64,000 nt of DNA from Candidatus Micrarchaeia archaeon (GTDB lineage: Archaea; Micrarchaeota; Micrarchaeia; CABMEP01). Position numbers and translations under genes: made by a program. Below the pieces are notes generated by a model. The model searched no databases. It was not told the origin of the DNA and was given only the letters and a program-made list of their open reading frames with translations. Below are positions 7,717 through 17,661 of this stretch, in pieces; the first letter of the stretch is position 1; each line of letters opens with the position of its first letter. The stretch spans positions 1 to 64,000 of the forward strand of contig JAVZXS010000001.1 in assembly GCA_038886535.1 (NCBI GenBank), read 5' to 3'.

Positions 7717-8127
7717 ATGGGTATTTTAGATTTATTTGGCAAAAAAGATGTCAGTAATGTTGCTAAGAGGGTTCCTTATGAAGTGAAAACAAGTATTAAT
7801 CCAATCCGTCTTTCAGCACATAAAATAGATAGATGTGATTTAGAAATTAAAATAAAAAATATAACCAATGAAACAGTATTAAGTTCCGTTGTAATAGAAG
7901 TAGGAAATGGGCTTGCAATGGATCAAACAGGGATACATAAGACAAAGGAAATTCGTGTTGGATATTTAAATAAAGGTGACGAATACACTGTGATTGTCCC
8001 GATTTGGTCTAATGTTATGACTAATCCAGGTAATATACCAGTTAAGATAAATGTATATGTCCATTATAGAACTTATTCTTATATTCTTAATGGAGTTAAA
8101 AAAGAATTAAGTATTCGTGTTGTTTGA
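7717..8127 (+). CDS. Hypothetical protein, probable Ig-like beta sandwich
   Basis: 136-aa ORF with GGTG RBS and alternating beta-strand pattern. Confidence 0.7.
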   Translation: MGILDLFGKKDVSNVAKRVPYEVKTSINPIRLSAHKIDRCDLEIKIKNITNETVLSSVVIEVGNGLAMDQTGIHKTKEIRVGYLNKGDEYTVIVPIWSNVMTNPGNIPVKINVYVHYRTYSYILNGVKKELSIRVV

Positions 8128-10155
8128 AAATGTTTCTTTTTTGTTTTTAGACTCTTTCTCTATTTTTTCTTCATTTATTTCTGATTTTGAATTAGATTTA
8201 CAGTTTTGATTTAAACATTTTTGATATTTTTGTTTTCCTTTAATGATCCAAATTTTCGGTGAATCGCAAATTTCACATTGCCCAGCATAACTGAAAAGAT
8301 ATGTTAGAGGTAATGAAAATGTTACTCTGCATTTTGGATAATTGCTACACCCTAAGAATTTATTATTTTCATAATTTATTATTTTAAGATAACCACCGCA
8401 CTTACATTGAGCAAATTTTTCAGATTCTTCTAAATTCGATTTTAATTCTAACCCTATTTCTTTCTCATGGTTAGATAATTCATTTACAATTGTAGATACT
8501 ATTTTTTTAGCATCTTCTATTACTTTATCTTTTGAGATTTCTTTATTCTGTATTTTTTCCATTTCTTCTTCCAATTGACGTGTTAAAATTGGATCTAAAA
8601 TCTTTGGTGAATATTTTTGAAAAATTTTATATATTATTCTTCCTAAAGGTGTCACTTTAATTTGCTTTCCTGTAATATATCCTCTTTTATATAAAGTATC
8701 TAAAACTATTGCTCTAGTTGTTTTTGTTCCTATGTTTTCTTTTTCCATTAGTTGTAATATAGATGCAGGTGTGTATCTTTGTGGTGGGGTTGTTTTCTTT
8801 TCTTTTATTGTTAATTTTAATATATCGACTTCTTCGTTGTTTTTGAATGGGTTTTTATCTTCTTTTTCTTTCATATATGGATAAAATTCGTACCATCCTT
8901 TTCTCGTTATTTCTGATAATTTTGTTTTGTAAATTTCACCAGCATCTAAAGTTACTTGTATTTCTTTTATTTCTACAGGATCTGCAAATGAAGCAAGAAA
9001 TCGATGTACAATTAAATTATATATTTTTTCTTCATCTGAAGTTATCTTTTCTTTCTGTCCAGTTGGATGTATTGCTGGATGTACATCTTCATTCTTACCT
9101 TCTTTTGGTTTAAATTTATTTTCTTTGATTAGTTTGTTTGCTAATGTAGAAAAATGAGGATCTAGAGAAAGTTTTTGTATTATTTCTTTTACATTTATCT
9201 GAGGTGGTAATTTTTGAGAAGAAGATCTTGGATAACTTATCATTCCTTTTTCATATAGTGATTGTGATAAATCTTGTGTCTTAACTGGAATAAAACCATA
9301 AATCCTATATGCTTCTGTTTGTAGAGATGTGAAATCAAATGGAGGTAGAGGATATATTTTCTTTATATTTTCTTCTAATCTTATTATTCCTTTCTTTTTT
9401 GTTCTTTCTTTTGATTTTTCTGCTTCTGCTTTAGATCTAAATGGGTTTTTTTCATGCGAAAATTCGATGTCTTTTACTACTGAATACAAAACCCAATAAG
9501 GTTCAGGTTTGAAATTTTCTATTTCATTTTCTCTTTGAACAAGAAAATGAAGCATTGGTCCTTGAACTCTACCAATAGAAAGAGATTTATATCTTCCAGC
9601 GTTTTTAATAGCGTTCATCACAGATCTACTTAGATTAATACCGTAAAACCAATCTATTGTGTGCCTTGCTTCACCTGCATATGCATTATAGATATCAAAA
9701 TCTATTAAATTTTTATATGAATTATAAAGCTCTTCTGGGGTGACAGTTGAAAATTTCATCCTTTTCGCTTTTTTAATATCGCTATATTTTCTTATAATAT
9801 TATAACCTATTAAACTCCCTTCTATATCAAAATCAGTTGCATTAATAACTAAATCTGCATCTTTAATTAAATTTTCTATATTTTCTAAATAGTCTTTAGT
9901 ATAATACGTGTTTTTATTTACTTTATAAGAAGGAACCCATTCCAAATCAAATACAGGTGATTTATTTTGTTTTTCTTTTAACGTAAATAGATGACCTACT
10001 GCTGGAACTACATAAGCAGAAATATCTTCGTTTTTTAATTCAAAATATTTTACTTTTTTGTAATATTTAGTTGTTAGTGTTTTGAAATCTTTTTTGATTG
10101 CATATGCTATTTTTTGTGCTACAGAAGGTTTTTCTGCTAATATTAATATTTTCAT
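8107..10155 (-). CDS. topA: DNA topoisomerase IA
   Basis: AEKPSVA, ATDFDIEG, SIGRVQ, catalytic ISYPRS, C-terminal Zn ribbons. Confidence 0.97.
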   Translation of the reverse strand: MKILILAEKPSVAQKIAYAIKKDFKTLTTKYYKKVKYFELKNEDISAYVVPAVGHLFTLKEKQNKSPVFDLEWVPSYKVNKNTYYTKDYLENIENLIKDADLVINATDFDIEGSLIGYNIIRKYSDIKKAKRMKFSTVTPEELYNSYKNLIDFDIYNAYAGEARHTIDWFYGINLSRSVMNAIKNAGRYKSLSIGRVQGPMLHFLVQRENEIENFKPEPYWVLYSVVKDIEFSHEKNPFRSKAEAEKSKERTKKKGIIRLEENIKKIYPLPPFDFTSLQTEAYRIYGFIPVKTQDLSQSLYEKGMISYPRSSSQKLPPQINVKEIIQKLSLDPHFSTLANKLIKENKFKPKEGKNEDVHPAIHPTGQKEKITSDEEKIYNLIVHRFLASFADPVEIKEIQVTLDAGEIYKTKLSEITRKGWYEFYPYMKEKEDKNPFKNNEEVDILKLTIKEKKTTPPQRYTPASILQLMEKENIGTKTTRAIVLDTLYKRGYITGKQIKVTPLGRIIYKIFQKYSPKILDPILTRQLEEEMEKIQNKEISKDKVIEDAKKIVSTIVNELSNHEKEIGLELKSNLEESEKFAQCKCGGYLKIINYENNKFLGCSNYPKCRVTFSLPLTYLFSYAGQCEICDSPKIWIIKGKQKYQKCLNQNCKSNSKSEINEEKIEKESKNKKETFSNNTNT

Positions 10156-10310
10156 TTACTCACTCAATTAATATTTAAATGATGTTATAGTAAAAGATAA
10201 TAAAAAGATTCAAATATAAATATATCTATTATTCAATTTTATAATACCTTATAGTACTGGGAGGGGTTTATTCTACTAATAATAACAAAGTATTTGGAAT
10301 TTAATTTTAT

Positions 10311-10559
10311 TTAACTAGAAATATATTGAATACTGTTTACTTTCAGTTTATAATATTCAATCCAATCTAAATAATCTTCCAAAAATTCATCTACTATTTT
10401 TTCTTCATTCTCATTTACTATAAAAAATTGATTTTTATTAAATAATTTTTTAATTATTTTCGAATTTATTTTTTTATAATTGTAATAAAAACGTCTTTTT
10501 ATAGTATTTAATGTGTTTTTATTTAGACTTTTAAATTTATAGATATATAAAACATACAT
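10311..10559 (-). CDS. Hypothetical protein, possibly ferredoxin-like (Cas2/VapD-like) fold
   Basis: 82-aa ORF fills the gap; beta-alpha-beta pattern MYVLYIYKF...KRRFYY; lacks the Cas2 catalytic Asp. Confidence 0.5.
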   Translation of the reverse strand: MYVLYIYKFKSLNKNTLNTIKRRFYYNYKKINSKIIKKLFNKNQFFIVNENEEKIVDEFLEDYLDWIEYYKLKVNSIQYISS

Positions 10560-10560
10560 A

Positions 10561-10578
10561 TTGTAACTATAGTTACAA
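10561..10578. promoter_or_regulatory. Perfect 18-bp palindrome, probable protein-binding site
   Basis: TTGTAACTATAGTTACAA immediately upstream of the 82-aa ORF start. Confidence 0.5.
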
Positions 10579-10672
10579 AAATTTAAATAATTGTCTATAT
10601 TACTTGAATTTACCCCTCTCTCTCCTTAAATAGAATTTAAATTTTATTAAATAATTTTACGAAAAATTCGAC

Positions 10673-12586
10673 TTATTTACTTTCGTTTTGTTTATATACA
10701 GATAATTTTTCGATATATTCATTAACATTTTCATTTGCAATTTTATTTTTTGCTTTAGGTAATAAGATACTAAAAACACTACCTTTACCAACTTCAGATT
10801 TAACAAAGATATCACTATCATGTAGTTTCATTATTTCTTTAGCAATTGCAAGACCTAAACCACTACCTTCTTTTTTATATAATTTAGATACACTACTTCT
10901 TTGAAATCTTTCAAATATAGATTCTTGTTCTTTTTTAGGTATACCTGGTCCTGTATCAATAACATCAACTTGTATCCAATTCTTATCTTTTTCAAAAGCA
11001 TTAATCGTAACAGAACCTTTATCGGTAAATTTAATAGCATTATGAACTAAATTTGTTAAAACCTGTGCTATTCTCTCAGGGTCACCATATACTTCTCCTA
11101 AACTATCAGGTGTATTCCATATCAAAGTCAAACCTTTAGCTTCTGCAAGATTTCTAAGAGAACATTTATCTTCTAAATCTTTAAGTTTGAATGGTTTCTT
11201 ATGTAAAGTAATAGCTCCAGCATCTAGTTTTGAAAGATCTAATAAATCATTTATTAATTTAGCTAATCTTTTAGCCTCTTTATCAATTATCTCAGCAGCT
11301 TCTTGTTGTTTTTCAGTATTCGGTCCTAAAACTTTATTTCTTAATAAAGAAGCATAACCTTGTATATTGGTAAGAGGTGTTTTTAGGTCGTGTGAAACCA
11401 TACTTACGAATTCTGTTTTCATCTTATTTATTTCAGAAAGTCGTTTATAATCTTCTTTTAATTTTTCCCTTTCTCTGATAGTCTCATCTTCGTTCTTCTT
11501 TTTCTCTGTAATATTCCTAAAAGTCATACTGTATTCAGTAGATGAGTTTTCATGTATTAAAGGTAAAGCACTAACTGAAAAATAAAACATTTTCTTTTTA
11601 TTATTGTAAATTCTAAATTCTTTATCTTGAAAACCTTTTCTTTGTTTTTCTGCTTCAGTAAGCGTTCTAACAAATTCAGGCATATCTTCAGGATGAATTA
11701 TTTCAAATATAGAAGGATAAGGTTCTTTATAACCTAATTGTTTTTCGAATTGTTTATTTACAAATTTGAATTTTCCATTTTTATCAATTATACAAATTAT
11801 ATCAGTAGTATTATTCACTAATTGTTCATACTGCTCTCTAACAACTCGTATCTCTTCATTCAATTTAACTTGTTCGCTTTTATTTTTTAGAATAATTATG
11901 AAGTTTGAATCTAATTGAAATATCTTCACAAAAACAGGTATTGGGTTTTCACCTAATATAATACCTTCACTTTCAGCAGTATTTTTTTCATTTGATATTT
12001 CATTAATTTTACTATTTAATTTATTTATCTTAACAAAGTCTTTGATATTCAAATCTTTAGCTATATTAGGAATCAAGGTTTTTGTTTGTGAATTAAAAGA
12101 AACTATCTTTCCATTTTTTTTAATTTCAATTATAATTTCATCGATATTTTCCAATATACTTAATCTTTTTCTTATTTTTTCTAATTCTTTTTCTTTAGAT
12201 ATTTCTTTAATAATTACAACTGTTGTAAGACCTAAATTTAATTCTTTAGTTTCTACTTCGACTTTTCTATTTTTAGAAATCAAAAAATTATTTTTAATCA
12301 AAGAATTTAGTTTTTTACCATTGATTTCATCAAGTTGAATTTCTGTTACTTCAGTAAATTTATCATTTATCGCGATAACATTTTTCTTTTCATCAACTAT
12401 AACAGCTGGAGAATCTAAGTTTTTAAAGAGTAAATAAAGAGAATCATTAACAAGATGTAGATTTTTACTTGTTTTTTTAATATCTAATTGAGTTGGTTGA
12501 TTTATTTTATTATTCTCTTCAATATTAGTATCTATTATTTCTATTATTTTTGTTTGTATTTCTTTGTGATTAGTTTCATCAGTCAT
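10673..12586 (-). CDS. Cytoplasmic PAS-domain sensor histidine kinase
   Basis: H-box SHDLKTPL, N-box NLVHNAIKFT, DTGPGI, IFERF, GSGLGLAI; PAS motif IHPED; no TM helices. Confidence 0.95.
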   Translation of the reverse strand: MTDETNHKEIQTKIIEIIDTNIEENNKINQPTQLDIKKTSKNLHLVNDSLYLLFKNLDSPAVIVDEKKNVIAINDKFTEVTEIQLDEINGKKLNSLIKNNFLISKNRKVEVETKELNLGLTTVVIIKEISKEKELEKIRKRLSILENIDEIIIEIKKNGKIVSFNSQTKTLIPNIAKDLNIKDFVKINKLNSKINEISNEKNTAESEGIILGENPIPVFVKIFQLDSNFIIILKNKSEQVKLNEEIRVVREQYEQLVNNTTDIICIIDKNGKFKFVNKQFEKQLGYKEPYPSIFEIIHPEDMPEFVRTLTEAEKQRKGFQDKEFRIYNNKKKMFYFSVSALPLIHENSSTEYSMTFRNITEKKKNEDETIREREKLKEDYKRLSEINKMKTEFVSMVSHDLKTPLTNIQGYASLLRNKVLGPNTEKQQEAAEIIDKEAKRLAKLINDLLDLSKLDAGAITLHKKPFKLKDLEDKCSLRNLAEAKGLTLIWNTPDSLGEVYGDPERIAQVLTNLVHNAIKFTDKGSVTINAFEKDKNWIQVDVIDTGPGIPKKEQESIFERFQRSSVSKLYKKEGSGLGLAIAKEIMKLHDSDIFVKSEVGKGSVFSILLPKAKNKIANENVNEYIEKLSVYKQNESK

Positions 12587-12642
12587 AATATAATTTCAAT
12601 AATAAGTTTTTAATTCTTTTATACTAAATTATATTAGATATT

Positions 12643-13854
12643 ATGGAAATAGATGATTTAAGACTAGAACAAGATATTCTTACTTTTCTTAAAGCTAGAG
12701 ATAAAGCTATGGAAACTAACGAAATTATAAAAGAGTTCTCAAATGTTACACCAGAAGAGGTTAAAGGTGCATTAGTAAGATTAAAAGCTAAAGAGAAACT
12801 TGAGGCTAGAAATATTGGTCAATTTGATTTCTGGTACGTTCTTGAAACACAAAAACCCAAAAAAATATTAATTATAGAAGATGACAAAGATATAAACAAC
12901 TTAATACGTCTGACTTTGGAAGGGGGAAAATACGAAATAAAATCAGCTTATGATGGTATTGAAGGATTGAAAGAAATTAATATATTCAAACCAGATCTTC
13001 TTATTTTAGATTTAATGTTACCTGGTATAGATGGATTAGAAATCTGTAAAAAGGTAAAATCAAATCCCGAGACAAAGAACACAATAATAGTAATAGTTTC
13101 AGCTGCAGATGCAACTGTGAATAGATTTTTCGGGATTCAGTATGGTGCAGATTACTATATCAAAAAGCCATTTGACCCTATGGAACTTCGTGCTCTAGTT
13201 AATATATTTCTAAATAAAAGTGGTGAACTTTTTGATCCTTTAGTTGATTTACCAGATGTAGAACGTTTAATAAAAAACATTAGCATGTATTTGAAAGAGG
13301 AGAATAGCAAATTTATAAAATTAGAAATAGAAGGAATAGATCAATATGAAGAAATTCATGGCGAAAAAGGAAAGATGAAGCTTATTAGATTGATTTCACA
13401 AATGGCACAAGATAAAATAAACGATTTCAGTGAAAAAATATTCTTATCATATTTAGGTAATTCTTCATTTTTATTCGTTTCGGAAAACGATTCAATATAT
13501 AATTTACTTTCCGAATTGGAAGCAGAATTTAGGAGAGTAAATCAATTTATAAAGCAAAAGCAACTATCAAAATCATTGTATCAAAAATTAGAGAGTGGAA
13601 GAAAACCAGAAGAAGACCATCCAATAAGACTCGCTTATTATGAAATAAATATAGAAGCATTTAAAAAGCAATTTGAAAAGAATATAATTAAAGACTATTC
13701 AGAAGAAGCAATACAAGCAAACATAGCCGCTATAAGAAATTATTCATTAGATCAAATTCGCACATTATTTGAAAATTCAAAGAATGTAGACATTACAATA
13801 AAAGAGATAGGAGGTACTTTAAGAATAACAGTAGGTAAAGAAGGTAAGCGTTAA
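12643..13854 (+). CDS. Response regulator: N-terminal wHTH, receiver domain, degenerate GGDEF-like domain
   Basis: IIEDD, LILDLMLPGIDG, KPF receiver motifs; DPLVDLP...LSYLGNSSFLFV resembles a GGDEF fold. Confidence 0.85.
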   Translation: MEIDDLRLEQDILTFLKARDKAMETNEIIKEFSNVTPEEVKGALVRLKAKEKLEARNIGQFDFWYVLETQKPKKILIIEDDKDINNLIRLTLEGGKYEIKSAYDGIEGLKEINIFKPDLLILDLMLPGIDGLEICKKVKSNPETKNTIIVIVSAADATVNRFFGIQYGADYYIKKPFDPMELRALVNIFLNKSGELFDPLVDLPDVERLIKNISMYLKEENSKFIKLEIEGIDQYEEIHGEKGKMKLIRLISQMAQDKINDFSEKIFLSYLGNSSFLFVSENDSIYNLLSELEAEFRRVNQFIKQKQLSKSLYQKLESGRKPEEDHPIRLAYYEINIEAFKKQFEKNIIKDYSEEAIQANIAAIRNYSLDQIRTLFENSKNVDITIKEIGGTLRITVGKEGKR

Positions 13855-14187
13855 TTATTTAAGAATTATTTGATCCCCTATCTTTATTTTATTTTTCTTT
13901 ATAAAACCAGATTCGGCCTCTATAACATATCTATACGTTATTCCAGGTTTTATAATTTTCCAAGATTTTATTTCAAAATATTTTCTAACAACCCAATTTT
14001 TATCTAAGAAAATAATATCAAATTTAGGACAAAAAAAAGAGTGGAATGTATAATTAACATCGAAATCAAAATTAAAAATCATCCTTTCTTTTACAGAATC
14101 TAAGAACATAAGCCCTTTTAGCTTTTCACTATCCTTCCTTAATATTTTATATTTATTTACTATTATTTTCTTCATTATATATCCCAT
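13855..14187 (-). CDS. DUF192 family protein
   Basis: KLKGLMF, HSFF..FDIIFLD, YVIE pattern. Confidence 0.8.
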   Translation of the reverse strand: MGYIMKKIIVNKYKILRKDSEKLKGLMFLDSVKERMIFNFDFDVNYTFHSFFCPKFDIIFLDKNWVVRKYFEIKSWKIIKPGITYRYVIEAESGFIKKNKIKIGDQIILK

Positions 14188-14313
14188 TTCAGTACTAAAT
14201 CTTTCTTAACGTTAAATTTATATATACTACTGTTTATATTATAATAAAGCTAATTTAATTGGGCGACTAACAAATATATTTTTTTTGATTTTAAACTATC
14301 TTTTGGTGATTAA

Positions 14314-14967
14314 TTGGACACTAATATTAAAACAGGTACAACTACAGTAGGAGTAGTATGTACTGACGGTATAATTATAGCAGCAGAAAAAAGAGTTACT
14401 GCAGGTGGAATGGTAGTAATATCTGAAGATATCGAAAAAGTAAGGACACCTGAAAAACACATCGCATTTGCTGCAGCAGGTCTGGCGGGAGATCTTGAGG
14501 CGTTAGATAGAATTTTATCGGTTGAATTCAGGCTTTTCAGAATAAGAGAAGGAAGACCTATATCTGTTGATGCAGCAGTGTCATTTTTACAGAATTTATT
14601 ATATCAATATAAATTCATGCCTTTTTATGTAGCTATAATAATAGGTGGAGTAGAAAAGGACGGAACTCCAAAATTATATACTTTGGATCCATCAGGTTCC
14701 GTAACACCTGTTAAAGATCATACAGCTTATGGCGGTAGCGGCTGGTTTTCAGCACAAGCAGTTTTAGATGATCTCTATGAAAAAACAACAATAAACGAAG
14801 CAATCCCGATAGTAGCAAGAGCGATAAACGCAGCAAAGAAAAGAGACACAGCATCAGGTGGTGGAATAGATATTGTAGCAATAACAAAAGACGGAATAAG
14901 AAAATATAAACCAGAAGAAGTTGAAAAAATATTAGAAAAATCAAAAGAAAAGAAGAAAAAATATTAA
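14314..14967 (+). CDS. psmB: Proteasome beta subunit
   Basis: Propeptide KTG/TTTVG, AAEKR, GSG, RDTASGG; TTG start after GGTGA. Confidence 0.96.
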   Translation: MDTNIKTGTTTVGVVCTDGIIIAAEKRVTAGGMVVISEDIEKVRTPEKHIAFAAAGLAGDLEALDRILSVEFRLFRIREGRPISVDAAVSFLQNLLYQYKFMPFYVAIIIGGVEKDGTPKLYTLDPSGSVTPVKDHTAYGGSGWFSAQAVLDDLYEKTTINEAIPIVARAINAAKKRDTASGGGIDIVAITKDGIRKYKPEEVEKILEKSKEKKKKY

Positions 14968-15007
14968 TCATTTTATTCTATCATTTAACTTTTCTAAAGT
15001 GTGAAAA

Positions 15008-16909
15008 ATGCAGAACTTACTTTCTGAAATATCAAAAAAGATAGAGCAGTTTATTCCAACTGGTTGTTCCATATCAAAAATAGAGGCAGAAGGCCCGGAT
15101 ATAATTCTCTATATAGACAATATAGAGAAATTTTACGCCTTCGACAACCCAGTTAAAGACATAGCGAACGCTCTAAAGAAAAAAGTAATAATAAGGGCAG
15201 CATCAAATCTCTTAATGAAGCCAGAGGAAGCGAAAGAAGTAATCACAAAATTAATACAACCAGAAGCTGGAGTGAACGAAATAAGATTCTCACCAGAATT
15301 TCACGAAGTATGGATAGAAGCATACAAACCGGGCCTTGTTATAGGTAAAGGTGGATCTACATTAAAAGAAATCATAAAATCAACAGGGTGGGCACCAAAA
15401 GTTTTGAGAACACCGACGCTACCTTCAGAAGTGGTTAAAAGTATAAGATCGACAATGCTTAAGGAAGCTGAAGCGAGAAAGAAATTCCTTTTAAAAACAG
15501 GAAAAAGAATATTTTCAAATACAGAAAAAACATCATGGATTAAAATAACTGCATTAGGAGGTTTCAAAGAAGTTGGAAGGTCATGTATTTTTTTAGAAAC
15601 ATCAAATGATAAAATAATTTTAGATGCTGGTTTGAAATTCGAAGCAACAGATACAGCAAAAGATTTCTATCCTTATGTATCTACATTAAATATTCCATTC
15701 GATGAAATAAACGCAATCGTCTTGTCACACAGTCACTTAGATCACTGTGGTTTTATCCCTTATTTCTTTGCAATGGGTTACGATGGTCCAATTTATTGTA
15801 CTCCTCCAAGTAGAGATCTAATGGCTTTATTAACATTCGATTACATTAAAGTAATGAAAAAACAAGGTCTTACTCCTCTTTACGAAGAAAAAGATGTAAG
15901 AAAAGCACTTTTACATTGTATCACAAGAGATTTTGGAGAAGTAACCGACATCAGTCCAGAAATAAAACTTACACTACATAATTCTGGCCATATTTTAGGG
16001 AGTTCAATAGTACATTTACATATAAGCGACGGCTTACACAATTTAGTTTATAGTGGAGATATAAAATTTAGTCATACAAAACTTCTAAACCCAGCAGTTA
16101 ATACATTTCCTAGAGTGGAAACATTAATTTTAGAAAGCACTTATGGAGGAAAAGATGATTTCCATCATCCAAGACATCAAGCAGAGGAAAAAGTAATAAA
16201 AATCACTATGGAAACTTTAGCAAAAGGAGGAAAAGTCTTGATACCTGTTTTCTCTGTAGGAAGATCTCAAGATATAATGCTTGTATTTGAAGAATTTGCA
16301 AGAAGAAATCCAGATAAAGCAAACTTTAAGGTATATATAGATGGAATGATTCTTGAAGCATCAGCAATTCATACTGTTTATCCAGAATATCTAAAAGACA
16401 GTTTACAAAGAATGATTTTAAGTGGAAAAAGCCCATTCGAATCACCAATTTTTGAAGTAGTAAAAGGAAATAGACAAGAAATAATAGATGGAGAACCTTG
16501 CGTAATTCTTGCTCCATCTGGAATGATGACAGGAGGACCTTCTGTTGAATACTTTAAAGCACTTGCAGGAGATCCTAAGAATGCTATCATATTTGTCGGT
16601 TTTAATACTAATTATTCATTGGGAAGAAAAATACAGAAAGGAGAGAAAGAAGTAGCTGTTGTAGGAGAAGATGGTAGACTGGAAACTATTCAAGTTAAAT
16701 TAAGAGTTGAAACAGCAGAAGGATTCAGCGGTCATAGTGATAGAAGACAACTGATGAACTATATAAAAACTATGAAGCCAAAGCCATCTTTAGTATTGAT
16801 CGATCATGGTGAACCCAAGAAATGTGAGGAGTTAGCAAATTCAATTTCAAGATCATTAGGAATAGAATCAAGAGCTCCTATGGATTTAGATTCAATTAGA
16901 TTGAAATAA
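15008..16909 (+). CDS. aCPSF1/FttA beta-CASP ribonuclease with KH domains (transcription termination factor)
   Basis: KPGLVIGKGG, LGGFKEVGRS, SHSHLDH, GHILGS, FSGHSD; conserved psmB-aCPSF1 order. Confidence 0.96.
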   Translation: MQNLLSEISKKIEQFIPTGCSISKIEAEGPDIILYIDNIEKFYAFDNPVKDIANALKKKVIIRAASNLLMKPEEAKEVITKLIQPEAGVNEIRFSPEFHEVWIEAYKPGLVIGKGGSTLKEIIKSTGWAPKVLRTPTLPSEVVKSIRSTMLKEAEARKKFLLKTGKRIFSNTEKTSWIKITALGGFKEVGRSCIFLETSNDKIILDAGLKFEATDTAKDFYPYVSTLNIPFDEINAIVLSHSHLDHCGFIPYFFAMGYDGPIYCTPPSRDLMALLTFDYIKVMKKQGLTPLYEEKDVRKALLHCITRDFGEVTDISPEIKLTLHNSGHILGSSIVHLHISDGLHNLVYSGDIKFSHTKLLNPAVNTFPRVETLILESTYGGKDDFHHPRHQAEEKVIKITMETLAKGGKVLIPVFSVGRSQDIMLVFEEFARRNPDKANFKVYIDGMILEASAIHTVYPEYLKDSLQRMILSGKSPFESPIFEVVKGNRQEIIDGEPCVILAPSGMMTGGPSVEYFKALAGDPKNAIIFVGFNTNYSLGRKIQKGEKEVAVVGEDGRLETIQVKLRVETAEGFSGHSDRRQLMNYIKTMKPKPSLVLIDHGEPKKCEELANSISRSLGIESRAPMDLDSIRLK

Positions 16910-16972
16910 ACCACAATTTATTTTTATACCTGTAAGTAAAGATTTAAAAATAATATTTTTATTATATCAAAT

Positions 16973-17224
16973 ATGATAAAATCTAAATCTAGAAATAATA
17001 AAAAAGGTCAACTTTCTATAGAGTTGATAATAATTCTCGCAGTACTATTAGGTGTAGTTTTTTTAGTCGCATCAAAGATGCGAGAATCAGCAGAGAAAGC
17101 ATCCAGCTCGATTCAAAACACTTCAGATAAGATATATGGGCAGATAGAACAAACTACAAGTGGTTCTGCAAGTGAACCTTCTCCAACTACAGCATATAAG
17201 ATCTCTCACTTATATCAATGGTAG
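16973..17224 (+). CDS. Class III signal peptide (type IV pilin-like) protein
   Basis: KKG/QLSIE followed by a hydrophobic helix. Confidence 0.88.
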   Translation: MIKSKSRNNKKGQLSIELIIILAVLLGVVFLVASKMRESAEKASSSIQNTSDKIYGQIEQTTSGSASEPSPTTAYKISHLYQW

Positions 17225-17225
17225 A

Positions 17226-17657
17226 ATGATGAATGCAGTAGGGGATTTAAAATCACTAGATAGGAATAAAAAAGGTCAACTTTCTATAGAATTCTTATTA
17301 ATTTTTGCTATTTTTTTATCTATTCTTTCTCTCTTTCTTTTGAATTTTATAAAAGTAAACAATAAATTCCAAATTGAAATCAATAAAATTTTATTATCTA
17401 AATATTCAAACGATTTAGAAAACTCAATAAATTCATTATGTATTCTCGGTGACGGCAATGAACGTATGATATACCTTTATTTTCCTGAAGAAGTTAAAAT
17501 ATCTATAAATAAAAACGAAATAACCTTATCTTCAAATATAGAAAACAAGTCATTTTTTTCTAAATGTAATATAGATATGAGTGGAGACATAGCTGTTAAA
17601 AAAGGAATAATAAAAATAGAATCAAAAAATGGAAAAATAATTTTATCGAATCAATAA
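17226..17657 (+). CDS. Class III signal peptide (minor pilin-like) protein
   Basis: KKG/QLSIEFLLIF; start moved to ATG at 17226. Confidence 0.85.
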   Translation: MMNAVGDLKSLDRNKKGQLSIEFLLIFAIFLSILSLFLLNFIKVNNKFQIEINKILLSKYSNDLENSINSLCILGDGNERMIYLYFPEEVKISINKNEITLSSNIENKSFFSKCNIDMSGDIAVKKGIIKIESKNGKIILSNQ

Positions 17658-17661
17658 CGTA

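Noticed and set aside
10311..10559. CRISPR-Cas locus around the Cas2-like ORF
   Set aside because: No repeat-spacer array or other cas genes in the window, and the catalytic Asp is missing.
12643..12840. True Z-DNA-binding Z-alpha domain
   Set aside because: Spacing is similar but the Asn, Tyr and Pro-Pro recognition residues are absent; treated as a generic wHTH.
13234..13650. Active diguanylate cyclase
   Set aside because: GGDEF is replaced by GNSSF and the metal-binding Asp residues are not conserved.
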